DNA of 64,000 bases from Acidimicrobiia bacterium. GTDB lineage: Bacteria > Actinomycetota > Acidimicrobiia > Spongiisociales > UBA5794. Each line of letters opens with the position of its first letter. The first letter of the stretch is position 1. The notes beneath the pieces were generated by a model, which made no database searches, was not told the DNA's origin, and worked only from the letters and a program-made list of their open reading frames with translations. A program made the translations under genes and the position numbers. Positions 37,655 through 45,277 of the stretch are shown one piece after another. The DNA lies in assembly GCA_030431785.1 (NCBI GenBank), contig JAUIIM010000004.1, positions 5,415-69,414 of the forward strand. Direction: 5' to 3'.

Positions 37655-38457
37655 AGGTGCAGGGACTCGGAAACGACTTCCTCGTATTCGACGGGCCGTT
37701 TACGCCGTCTCACGACGAAGTACGCCGCTGGTGTGACCGCCGCATGGGGGTCGGGGCCGACGGTGTGCTCGTCATCGCCCCGTCCGACGCCGGTGGAGTG
37801 ACGATGCGGTACTGGAACGCAGACGGCAGCGAAGCCGAGATGTGCGGTAACGGTCTGCGTTGTGTCGCCCGACTCGCTTACGACCGTGGATGGGTGGACG
37901 CCCCTGAGTTCGTCGTGCAGTCCGCCGTCGGAGATCATCCCGTCGTCGTCAAGGGTGATGTCGTGCGCGCGTTCGTCGGGACCCCGCAGGGCTATCGCAC
38001 TGACACTCTCAAGGTGGCGGATCAGGAAGTCCATCCGCTTTCGATCGGCAACCCGCACGCCGTGCTGTTCGTCGACGATGTAGATGACGCCGACGTCGAG
38101 GGGATCGGGCCGCGGATCGAAAACGATGCGATGTTCCCGGATCGCACCAATGTGGAGTTCGTGCAAGTCGTGAGTGGTCAGCCCGACGACGGCGACGAGG
38201 ACGACGGGGAAGAAGACCCCGACGAGGAGGTCGGCCCCAGTGTCGTACGTGCCCGCATCTGGGAGCGTGGTGTGGGGGAGACCATGGCGTCAGGGACCGG
38301 GGCGACCGCATCGGCCTACATGGCGTATCGGGTGCACGGTTTGATGGACCCGATCACCGTGCAACTACTCGGTGGTGACCTCGTCATCGACTTCGATGAG
38401 TCGGGAGCGTGGATGGAGGGCCCGACCGCTGTCGTGTTCTCCGGGTCGGTGAGCTGA
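37642..38457 (+). CDS. dapF: diaminopimelate epimerase
   Basis: GLGNDF, a catalytic Cys region (EMCGNGLRC) and SGTGA. GTG start overlapping the miaA stop codon. Confidence 0.85.
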   Translation: MDFVKVQGLGNDFLVFDGPFTPSHDEVRRWCDRRMGVGADGVLVIAPSDAGGVTMRYWNADGSEAEMCGNGLRCVARLAYDRGWVDAPEFVVQSAVGDHPVVVKGDVVRAFVGTPQGYRTDTLKVADQEVHPLSIGNPHAVLFVDDVDDADVEGIGPRIENDAMFPDRTNVEFVQVVSGQPDDGDEDDGEEDPDEEVGPSVVRARIWERGVGETMASGTGATASAYMAYRVHGLMDPITVQLLGGDLVIDFDESGAWMEGPTAVVFSGSVS

Positions 38458-38465
38458 GCCGTCCG

Positions 38466-39101
38466 TCAGTCGACGTGACGCAGCACAGCGACCACGACAC
38501 CGAGGATCTCGACGCCTTCCGAGAACACCATCGGCTCGTACGCCGAGTTCTCCGGATGCAGGATGACGCCGAGGTCGGTCTTCTCGAACCGCTTCACGGT
38601 CGCCTCTTCGCCTTCGACGAGAGCGGCCACGATCTGCCCGTTGCGGGCCGTGGACTGCTTCTGGACGACGACGTAGTCGCGATCGAGGATGCCGGCTTCG
38701 AGCATCGAATCGCCGCGGATACGCAGCATGAAGACCGGTTCCTGACCGACGAGCTCGGTCGGTAGTGGGTAGACCTCTTCGATGTCCTCGTCGGCGAGGA
38801 TCGGGGAACCGGCAGCGATGTGACCGACGAGCGGGACATCACGAACCGCAGCCCGCGAGATGTGGACGGCACCATTCGGTGGATCGATCACCTCGATCGC
38901 ACGGGGCTTGGATGGGTCCCTTCGGATGTAGCCGGCCTCGGCGAGGGACGAGAGGTGGGAGTGGACGGTGGACGGCGAACTCAATCCGACTTCGTCGCCG
39001 ATCTCACGGACCGACGGCGGATAGCCGCGCTCGGCCACCGTTGCGGTGATCAGGTCGAGGATCTGCTGCTGTCTGTTCGTGAGTTGTGTGCGTTCCGTCA
39101 C
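38466..39101 (-). CDS. lexA: LexA repressor
   Basis: Winged-helix N-terminus (REIGDEVGLSSPSTVHSHL), cleavage region and S24 peptidase (GDSM...VVVQKQ). GTG start with a GAGG Shine-Dalgarno. Confidence 0.92.
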   Translation of the reverse strand: MTERTQLTNRQQQILDLITATVAERGYPPSVREIGDEVGLSSPSTVHSHLSSLAEAGYIRRDPSKPRAIEVIDPPNGAVHISRAAVRDVPLVGHIAAGSPILADEDIEEVYPLPTELVGQEPVFMLRIRGDSMLEAGILDRDYVVVQKQSTARNGQIVAALVEGEEATVKRFEKTDLGVILHPENSAYEPMVFSEGVEILGVVVAVLRHVD

Positions 39102-39150
39102 ATGGACCTCGCTTTCTCAAAATGCAGGCTAGCGCAGATTCGCTCCCAGA

Positions 39151-39166
39151 CCAAACATATGTTCGA
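39151..39166. promoter_or_regulatory. LexA box (one half-site mismatch) in the lexA / unknown-gene divergent region
   Basis: CCAAACATATGTTCGA against the consensus TCGAAC-N4-GTTCGA. It is 50 nt from the lexA start and 53 nt from the divergent gene start. Confidence 0.6.
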
Positions 39167-39218
39167 TTGCTTGAGTTCAGTGTGTCGGCACTGCATAAGC
39201 TGCCAGCAGGAGGTCGTG

Positions 39219-39911
39219 GTGCGTAGGTTCTGGATGTTCGTCGGGGGAGCGATGGCGGTCGTCGCGATCGGTCTCATCGCGTATCTGCTCGTCCGTGACA
39301 CTGGGCCCGATCCGGGTCCCGTCGTGCAGTCGGGCGTGACTGCGCCGGGCGAGACGCTGGTCCGACTGGACACGTTGCAATGCCACCGCGAGATTCCCGG
39401 ATGGCGTGCGGCGGGGTCGTCGGACGACATCGCCGCCGTCCGAGCGTGGTACGCCGAGAACTTCGGTGCCCTGGTACAGCCCTGGACGGACCTCGCCAAT
39501 TCACGGGGTGCGATCGGTGAGATGGTCGTGTACGAGGACATCGCCGTCTGGTTCCGTGAAGAGGGGCGCTACACGGTCTCGACCTTCGAGAGTGCCGATC
39601 ACTCCTGTGTCCCGGACGGGGCCGAACTCTGGGACGGCCGACCGGTCACCGCATGGAGCGGGATCGGTGTCTGCGACGAACTCGATCTCGTCGGATTCGG
39701 GGGAGCGACCGGCATCTACGGCCCGAAGGAGGTCGCCCCCGGTGTCGTCACGCCGCCGCTCGATGCACCGCCACGCGGATGGGAAAGCGAGTCGTACGAC
39801 TCGGCAGCGACGATCTGGTACAACCAGCGCGATGCGTCCGAGATCGTGATCCGGTTCACCGCCGGTGCCGAGCTGTATCGCTACGCCATCGGCGGTTGTG
39901 CGGGGGAGTGA
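39219..39911 (+). CDS. hypothetical membrane-anchored protein with Cys-containing extracytoplasmic domain
   Basis: AGGAGG (39208-13) lies 5 nt before GTG 39219. There is an N-terminal transmembrane helix (FVGGAMAVVAIGLIAYLLV). I recognise no family. Confidence 0.55.
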   Translation: MRRFWMFVGGAMAVVAIGLIAYLLVRDTGPDPGPVVQSGVTAPGETLVRLDTLQCHREIPGWRAAGSSDDIAAVRAWYAENFGALVQPWTDLANSRGAIGEMVVYEDIAVWFREEGRYTVSTFESADHSCVPDGAELWDGRPVTAWSGIGVCDELDLVGFGGATGIYGPKEVAPGVVTPPLDAPPRGWESESYDSAATIWYNQRDASEIVIRFTAGAELYRYAIGGCAGE

Positions 39912-39914
39912 TCC

Positions 39915-40202
39915 TCAGCTGTTGGCTGCGGGGATCTCGATCAGCTGGCCCGGCTGGAGTGAGCCCGCATCGATGTCGTTGATCTGCTCGATGATCCGTA
40001 CGACCTCACGTCGGTCGATATGGGATGGACCATGGTCTGCGGCGATCTGCCAGAGCGTGTCGCCCCCACGGACCCGATACGGCTCGGTTGCCGTGACCTC
40101 TGGTGTTGCCTGGACAGCCGAGGCGAGGAGTATCAGGATGACGACGACCGTGATGGAGATGATGGAGAGCGCTCGGAGGCGAACGCTTGCGGCTGTGGTC
40201 AT
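39915..40202 (-). CDS. small membrane-anchored LysM-domain protein (ChiZ/DivS-position SOS gene candidate)
   Basis: 95 aa. Transmembrane helix followed by a LysM domain (YRVRGGDTLWQIAADHG...LQPGQLIEIP). GAGGAG Shine-Dalgarno 8 nt upstream of the ATG. Confidence 0.75.
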   Translation of the reverse strand: MTTAASVRLRALSIISITVVVILILLASAVQATPEVTATEPYRVRGGDTLWQIAADHGPSHIDRREVVRIIEQINDIDAGSLQPGQLIEIPAANS

Positions 40203-40259
40203 GATCTGTACTCCTCGTACCTCGTGCTACCCAGAAAGGAGCTGAGCTCCTCAACGATC

Positions 40260-40282
40260 AAGGTACGAATCGGGTGTGACAG
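40260..40282 (-). promoter_or_regulatory. CTGTCACAC-N8-TACCTT promoter-like motif proximal to the LysM gene
   Basis: The minus strand reads ATCTGTCACAC CCGATTCG TACCTT, 57 nt upstream of the LysM ATG. Confidence 0.6.
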
Positions 40283-40320
40283 ATTTTGACCGTTGCGGTC
40301 TGTCGCCTTCACACGCCGAA

Positions 40321-40336
40321 TCGAACACTTGTTCGA
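40321..40336. promoter_or_regulatory. perfect LexA box 1
   Basis: TCGAACACTTGTTCGA is a perfect palindrome. It lies just downstream of the predicted start site of the distal minus-strand promoter. Confidence 0.75.
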
Positions 40337-40346
40337 CAACACGCAC

Positions 40347-40375
40347 AAGGTATCGAACACCTGTTCGATTGTCAA
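40347..40375 (-). promoter_or_regulatory. distal LysM-gene promoter with LexA box 2 filling the spacer
   Basis: The minus strand reads TTGACA (40375-70), a 17-nt spacer ATCGAACAGGTGTTCGA containing the perfect box TCGAACACCTGTTCGA (40353-68), then TACCTT (40352-47). Confidence 0.7.
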
Positions 40376-40421
40376 GCACTTGTTTGGTCACGCCTTGTCG
40401 GAACGGGCTACTCTGCGCCGG

Positions 40422-40871
40422 ATGCGATGTCCGTTGTGCACCACCGATGACACCCGGGTCGTCGACAGTCGCTCCGCCGAGGACGGTCGCACGATCCGTC
40501 GTCGTCGTTCGTGTCCGAGTTGTGGGCATCGATTTACGACGTTCGAACGCCCGAGTGTCGTCATCGTGGTCAAGCGTGATGGTCGTCGTCAGCCGTTCGA
40601 TGCATCGAAGGTGCGGCTCGGCGTCGAAATCACCCTTGCGGACCGTCCGGTCCCATCGGATGCCGTCGACGATCTCGTGGCCACCGTCGAGCGTGCTGCG
40701 TACGGGTCGCAGGGCATCATCGATGCAGACGAGATCGGTCGGATCGTCCTCGAGGGTCTCCGTGATCTCGACGAGGTCGGCTACCTGCGTTTCGCCTCCG
40801 TCTACAAGGAGTTCCAGGACGCCGGTGATTTCGGACGTGAGGCGGCGCGCCTGGCGACCGAGGACGAGTAG
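40422..40871 (+). CDS. nrdR: transcriptional repressor NrdR
   Basis: Zn-ribbon MRCPLC...CPSCGHRFTTFE plus an ATP-cone. TACTCT sits 7 nt upstream of the ATG, so the transcript may be leaderless. Confidence 0.92.
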   Translation: MRCPLCTTDDTRVVDSRSAEDGRTIRRRRSCPSCGHRFTTFERPSVVIVVKRDGRRQPFDASKVRLGVEITLADRPVPSDAVDDLVATVERAAYGSQGIIDADEIGRIVLEGLRDLDEVGYLRFASVYKEFQDAGDFGREAARLATEDE

Positions 40872-40876
40872 CCGGT

Positions 40877-42094
40877 TCAGTCCGTGTCGGTGAGGTTCGC
40901 CATGTGCGTCTCGAGTGCTGACGCATAGGCGACGATCCGGATATCGGTGATCGACCGGAATTCGGCGAGTGCTTCGGAGTTCGCATCGTTGAGGTCACGC
41001 TTCATCACGTCGAGCTCGTCGAGCAGTGTCTGCGCCGTCTCGCTGTCCCCGCTGTTGAGCGCTGCGAGGTACTCGCCCTGCCACGCCTCGTAGCGGGCAT
41101 GGGTCGCAAGGGCTTCCGCCTGGACCGGAGCGAACGTTGGATCGTCCGGGAGTTCTTCGACGATGTCCGCGTCGTGGGCGAGGGATGCCGCCAGGGTCAC
41201 ACTGATCGTGTTGATCGTTGCCGTGTCCGCAGCGATCGGGAGATTCCCCGGATCGAGCAACGTCGGAATCGAGACTCGGTAGACGTAGCCGGCACCGAGC
41301 TGCTGTGCCAGGTCTGCGCCTTCCTCTGCCAACGTGCTCTGTTCCGCCTGGAGCGGGACGAGCGCATCGATGGCGTCGGACGGCACGAGCGGGAGCGTGG
41401 TCGGCAACGGTTCGTCCGCCGCTTCCTGCATCTCGAATGCGAGGGTGTTGAGTTGGGCGATCGTGGGGGTTGCCGCGGTCAGTTCGTCGGTGGTCGCTGC
41501 CGGGTTCGTGATCGCATCAAGCGATGTCTGTGCGTTCGGGAGCTGGTTGCGGACCGCAACGGACGTGTCGTAGTAGTCCTGTCGGACGGCGAGGGCGTCG
41601 GACTTGGCAGCCTGCGGGAGCCAGATGGCGGCGACGGCGATCGCAGCGACCACGAACAGGAGCGGGACGAGAACGGGCCACCAGCGTCGCTGCTTCTCCT
41701 TCACGGGGGCCGGTTCTTCGGCGACCGGTGTCGGCGGTGGTGCCTGCGGTGGCGGGGGCGCTGCAACCGGGAGTGGTGCCGTCGGGGGCGTCGGCGTCGG
41801 CGGCGGGGTGCCGGGGGTCGCAGGGCGCATCGAGCGGGCGTAGGTCAGGTTTGACGTCCCTGGGTTGCCGTCGAACGACGAGAACGTCACCTGGGTCGTG
41901 CGTACCGATGGTGCAGGTGGTGTCTCTTCGGCGGTCTCTTCGGGCTCGACGATCTCGTTCTCACGCGTGAGCTCCTCGAGCGCATCAGATCCGGTCGGAG
42001 CCTTCGGGACAGCGCCGACGGTCTCGAGAAACCAGGCACCGTCCGTGTCCGGGGACCTGCTGCCGGGTGGTGTATTCGGTGTGTCGTTCGCCAC
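40877..42094 (-). CDS. Pro/Ala-rich single-pass membrane protein, hypothetical
   Basis: Proline-rich N-terminus, a transmembrane helix (WWPVLVPLLFVVAAIAVAAIW) and a helical extracytoplasmic domain. I prefer GTG 42094 because ATG 42232 would overlap dut. Confidence 0.5.
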   Translation of the reverse strand: MANDTPNTPPGSRSPDTDGAWFLETVGAVPKAPTGSDALEELTRENEIVEPEETAEETPPAPSVRTTQVTFSSFDGNPGTSNLTYARSMRPATPGTPPPTPTPPTAPLPVAAPPPPQAPPPTPVAEEPAPVKEKQRRWWPVLVPLLFVVAAIAVAAIWLPQAAKSDALAVRQDYYDTSVAVRNQLPNAQTSLDAITNPAATTDELTAATPTIAQLNTLAFEMQEAADEPLPTTLPLVPSDAIDALVPLQAEQSTLAEEGADLAQQLGAGYVYRVSIPTLLDPGNLPIAADTATINTISVTLAASLAHDADIVEELPDDPTFAPVQAEALATHARYEAWQGEYLAALNSGDSETAQTLLDELDVMKRDLNDANSEALAEFRSITDIRIVAYASALETHMANLTDTD

Positions 42095-42123
42095 TGGTTC
42101 CTGCTTCGTGGGACAATCCGCCC

Positions 42124-42552
42124 ATGAAGATACCTGTGATCCACGAAGACTCCCGTATTCCGATCCCGACGATCGCTCATCCCGGGGACGCCGGCGCCGA
42201 TCTCGCCGCCGCCGAGGCGGTGACGATCCCATCGGGAGGCCGTGCTTTGATTGGTACCGGCCTGCGTGTCGCGATCCCTGACGGACACGCCGGTCTGGTG
42301 CTCCCGCGGTCCGGGTTGGCGACGCGGTTGGGGGTCACGGTGTCGAACGCTCCCGGTTTGATCGACGCCGGATACCGCGGTGAGTTGAAGGTTGGTCTGA
42401 CGAATCATGGGAGTGAACCGTTCTCGGTGGAGGTCGGTGACCGGATCGCCCAGCTGGTCATCATCGCCGTCGTCGAACCGGAGTTCGAGGTCGTCGACGT
42501 CCTGCCGGACTCGGATCGTGGTGCCGGAGGTTTCGGATCGACCGGGAAGTGA
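42124..42552 (+). CDS. dut: dUTP diphosphatase
   Basis: Motifs AGADL, PRSG, GLIDAGYRGE and a C-terminal RGAGGFGSTG. Confidence 0.92.
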   Translation: MKIPVIHEDSRIPIPTIAHPGDAGADLAAAEAVTIPSGGRALIGTGLRVAIPDGHAGLVLPRSGLATRLGVTVSNAPGLIDAGYRGELKVGLTNHGSEPFSVEVGDRIAQLVIIAVVEPEFEVVDVLPDSDRGAGGFGSTGK

Positions 42553-42598
42553 ACCGGACGATGAAACAATCGGACCCGCTGTACACTCCCATCGCAGT

Positions 42599-42671
42599 GC
42601 GGACGTAGCTCAGCTGGTAGAGCGCAACCTTGCCAAGGTTGAGGTCGCCGGTTCGAACCCGGTCGTCCGCT
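42599..42671 (+). tRNA. tRNA-Gly (GCC)
   Basis: Hand-folded cloverleaf. Acceptor GCGGACG/CGTCCGC, anticodon arm CAACC-TTGCCAA-GGTTG, T-loop TTCGAAC. Confidence 0.9.
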
Positions 42672-42710
42672 CGACAGAAAGGCGGTCGGTGGTGGCCGCC
42701 TTTCTCATAC

Positions 42711-42784
42711 GGCGACGTGGCCGAGCGGCTAGGCAGGGGACTGCAAATCCCCGTACTCGGGTTCGAATCCCGACGTCGCCTCCA
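42711..42784 (+). tRNA. tRNA-Cys (GCA), CCA encoded
   Basis: Acceptor GGCGACG/CGTCGCC, anticodon arm GGGGA-CTGCAAA-TCCCC, T-loop TTCGAAT. Confidence 0.9.
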
Positions 42785-42850
42785 ATCCTCCCTCTTCCGA
42801 CTCCCGGGATGCTCTAGGCTGGCGCCGACCGACTGAAACGAGACGCCGTC

Positions 42851-43918
42851 GTGACCGACGCACCTGCATCGCAACAAGACGCCCCCCGCTTCGGGAAGAA
42901 GCAGATCATCGCCACGGTGCTCACGCTCCTTGTGCTGATCCTCGTCTTTGCAATCGTCCTTCCCCAGTTCGGTGACTACGCAGCCGCATGGACAGCGATC
43001 CAGAGCATGACGTCGCTCCAGCTCGGGTTGATCGTGGCGGCGACCATCGCCCTCATCATCATCTACGTGTACCCGTACACGGCGGCGATGCCGGGGCTGC
43101 GGTTCAAACACGGCTTCTACACACGGCAGACGTCGTTCATGATCTCGAACGTGATCCCCGCAGGTGGGGCGTTCGGGCTCGCCATCCAATACGGGATGCT
43201 GTCGAGTTACGGCTACGGCCCGACACCGACGACGGCGACCATCGGCATCACCGGTGTCTGGAACAGCCTCGTGACCTTGACGTTGCCGCTGATCGCCGTG
43301 ATCGGTCTGTCCGTCACTGGGCAGTCCGAGACCGACGACATCCTCCGCACCGTGATCGCTGCGGTCCTCGTCGTGGTGATGATCGGCGGGTTGGCTCTCA
43401 TCCTGCGGAGTGATTCGCTCGCCCGCAAGATCGGCGGTTGGGGCAACGCGGTGATCCAGTGGGGTGCCGGTCTCTTCAAGAAGGAAGTGACCTTCGATGC
43501 GGCCGACTTCCTCTCCGACTTCCGTGAGTCGATCATCGAGGTGGTCGCTGACCGGTGGATCCTGATCACCATCGCCAACGTCGGTCAGCAACTCGCCCAG
43601 TTCTCGATCCTGTATCTTGCCGTGGTAGCGCTCCAGGGCGGGTTCGGCGGTCCGATCTCGATGATGGAGGCGTTCGCCGCCTTCTCGCTCGGCCGCCTCG
43701 CCACGTTCATCCCGATTCCTCCGGGTGGGCTCGGGACGACGGATGCGATCATCACCGGGATGCTTGGCACCTTCGGTCTCGACAACGACTCTGCGCTGGC
43801 GGCCACGCTCGTGTGGCGTGCAGCGACGTACTTCCCGCAGGTGATCATCGGCGTGATCACGTTCCTCCTGTGGCGACGTGACCAGTCCAAGCACACGACA
43901 CCAGCGACGGGTTCCTGA
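42851..43918 (+). CDS. flippase-like / lysylphosphatidylglycerol-synthase transmembrane-region family membrane protein
   Basis: 355 aa, polytopic. C-terminal region LGRLATFIPIPPGGLGTTDA is typical of this family as I recall it. Confidence 0.65.
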   Translation: MTDAPASQQDAPRFGKKQIIATVLTLLVLILVFAIVLPQFGDYAAAWTAIQSMTSLQLGLIVAATIALIIIYVYPYTAAMPGLRFKHGFYTRQTSFMISNVIPAGGAFGLAIQYGMLSSYGYGPTPTTATIGITGVWNSLVTLTLPLIAVIGLSVTGQSETDDILRTVIAAVLVVVMIGGLALILRSDSLARKIGGWGNAVIQWGAGLFKKEVTFDAADFLSDFRESIIEVVADRWILITIANVGQQLAQFSILYLAVVALQGGFGGPISMMEAFAAFSLGRLATFIPIPPGGLGTTDAIITGMLGTFGLDNDSALAATLVWRAATYFPQVIIGVITFLLWRRDQSKHTTPATGS

Positions 43919-43970
43919 CGCGAACGTTGCGGTTGTCCGTTCGCGAGGGGTATCTTCCCCAGACCACTGA

Positions 43971-44045
43971 GGGCGCTTAGCTCAGCGGCAGAGCACTGCC
44001 TCGACACGGCAGGGGTCACTGGTTCAAATCCAGTAGCGCCCACCA
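43971..44045 (+). tRNA. tRNA-Val (GAC), CCA encoded, C at position 33
   Basis: Acceptor GGGCGCT/AGCGCCC, anticodon arm CTGCC-TCGACAC-GGCAG, T-loop TTCAAAT. Confidence 0.85.
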
Positions 44046-44145
44046 GACCCGACGGACGTTGTAGTAGCGGCTGCCCACCGACGACTTCGATGCGTTTCAC
44101 GACCTCGATTGGTCAATTCACGAAATCGGTGACTGGCGCGAAGGA

Positions 44146-44592
44146 TCAGGGGACGGTGTCCTGGCTAAGGTCGAGTGCGGTGTAGTAGAAGTCCGGTCGT
44201 GCGTTGCTCGAGCGAACGAGGGTCGGCTCGTGCGGTTCGGTGAAACGCCAGTAGGTCCGGCCCTCGACCTCCATGCCAACCTGACGTTGCTTAGGGAACT
44301 CAGCGAACGTCAAGTAGAAGACACAAAGCGGCGGCAGGCCCTCGGCGTCCCAGACGTATTCTGGCGGTCCCAGCTTCGTCGTTGATGTCTCTTGGCCGGA
44401 ATCTGACAGAGCGATCGCGATGGACTGTGCCGTGACCTCCGACCCATCAGATCGGACGCAGGTGCGTTCTTCACCGTTTCTTCCCTGCCCCGTTTGGTAT
44501 TGGACTGTGATCTGCCATGTCTCGGGTGCCTCCATCGGCTCGGCCGCGCTGCATCCGATCGTGAGCGCAACAATCGCCGAGATGGCCGCCAT
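44146..44592 (-). CDS. hypothetical small lipoprotein-like protein
   Basis: Possible lipobox LTIGCS. GC looks lower than the flanks. The start is uncertain (ATG 44592, or upstream GTG up to 44646). Confidence 0.4.
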   Translation of the reverse strand: MAAISAIVALTIGCSAAEPMEAPETWQITVQYQTGQGRNGEERTCVRSDGSEVTAQSIAIALSDSGQETSTTKLGPPEYVWDAEGLPPLCVFYLTFAEFPKQRQVGMEVEGRTYWRFTEPHEPTLVRSSNARPDFYYTALDLSQDTVP

Positions 44593-44785
44593 CGCGGAGA
44601 CCCGCGCTGATTGGGATTGCAGCCGAAGGACCGCAAGAACCCGTACGCGTGTGGTCCTGGACTTGCAGACCCCTTTCGTCCGTCCTGCTCGCATTCTCGA
44701 CGCTCCGGTGGTCACTGGCCCGGGCCACGTCGTTCCTTGCGGCCCGTTGTTTGATCGGTGCTCTTTTGCGGTTCCGACGACATCG

Positions 44786-45268
44786 CTAACTCCCAGCCGT
44801 GCCCGGCTTTGGGAGGCGGGCTATAGACACACGTCGTTGCCCATTCTTCTGAGCTCGTCCGGCGATCTCCCATACTGGTGCCGCCGGGCCGAAGTACGCC
44901 ACGGTCGGCTCCAGAGTCGCGCGATTCAGTTGCAGCACGACAAGAAGTTCAGGCCGTCGACCGTGTGCCTGCAGGCTGACTGCGCGCCCTGTTGTTGCCT
45001 TGACCTCGACAGTGCGACCATCTGTCGTCAGAGCATCGAATCCCTCGTTCGAGGCCTTCATCAGGGTGAGGTTGAGCAATTCAGCGGCATATGCCTCGCC
45101 AATCATGCCAATCGTGTGACCGTCGAGCGGAACACCAACACGCCGAGCGGCCTCGACGAGATCAGGAATAGCGCTGAGGTCAAGGTTGTGCGACACGGGA
45201 GCCATCAAAGCAGGTCGGCGTCGACGTTGCGAGCATGCGCCAGCCCTCCCCGTTTTGGGGGTGGTCAC
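44786..45268 (-). CDS. hypothetical PD-(D/E)xK-like protein (DUF6998-like, tentative)
   Basis: Motif GMIGEAYAAELLNL...GFDALTTDGRTVEVKATTG (D-x9-E-x-K) and a C-terminal KNGQRRVS. The start is GTG 45268 or ATG 45205. Confidence 0.5.
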   Translation of the reverse strand: MTTPKTGRAGACSQRRRRPALMAPVSHNLDLSAIPDLVEAARRVGVPLDGHTIGMIGEAYAAELLNLTLMKASNEGFDALTTDGRTVEVKATTGRAVSLQAHGRRPELLVVLQLNRATLEPTVAYFGPAAPVWEIAGRAQKNGQRRVSIARLPKPGTAGS

Positions 45269-45277
45269 AGCGTGAGG

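Noticed and set aside
40372-40387. Possible third LexA box TCAAGCACTTGTTTGG
   Set aside because: It has four mismatches to TCGAAC-N4-GTTCGA and overlaps the -35 of the distal promoter. It is too degenerate to call without binding data.
42461-43894. 477-aa minus-strand ORF
   Set aside because: It runs straight through two tRNA genes and is antisense to a coherent polytopic membrane protein, so I treat it as spurious.
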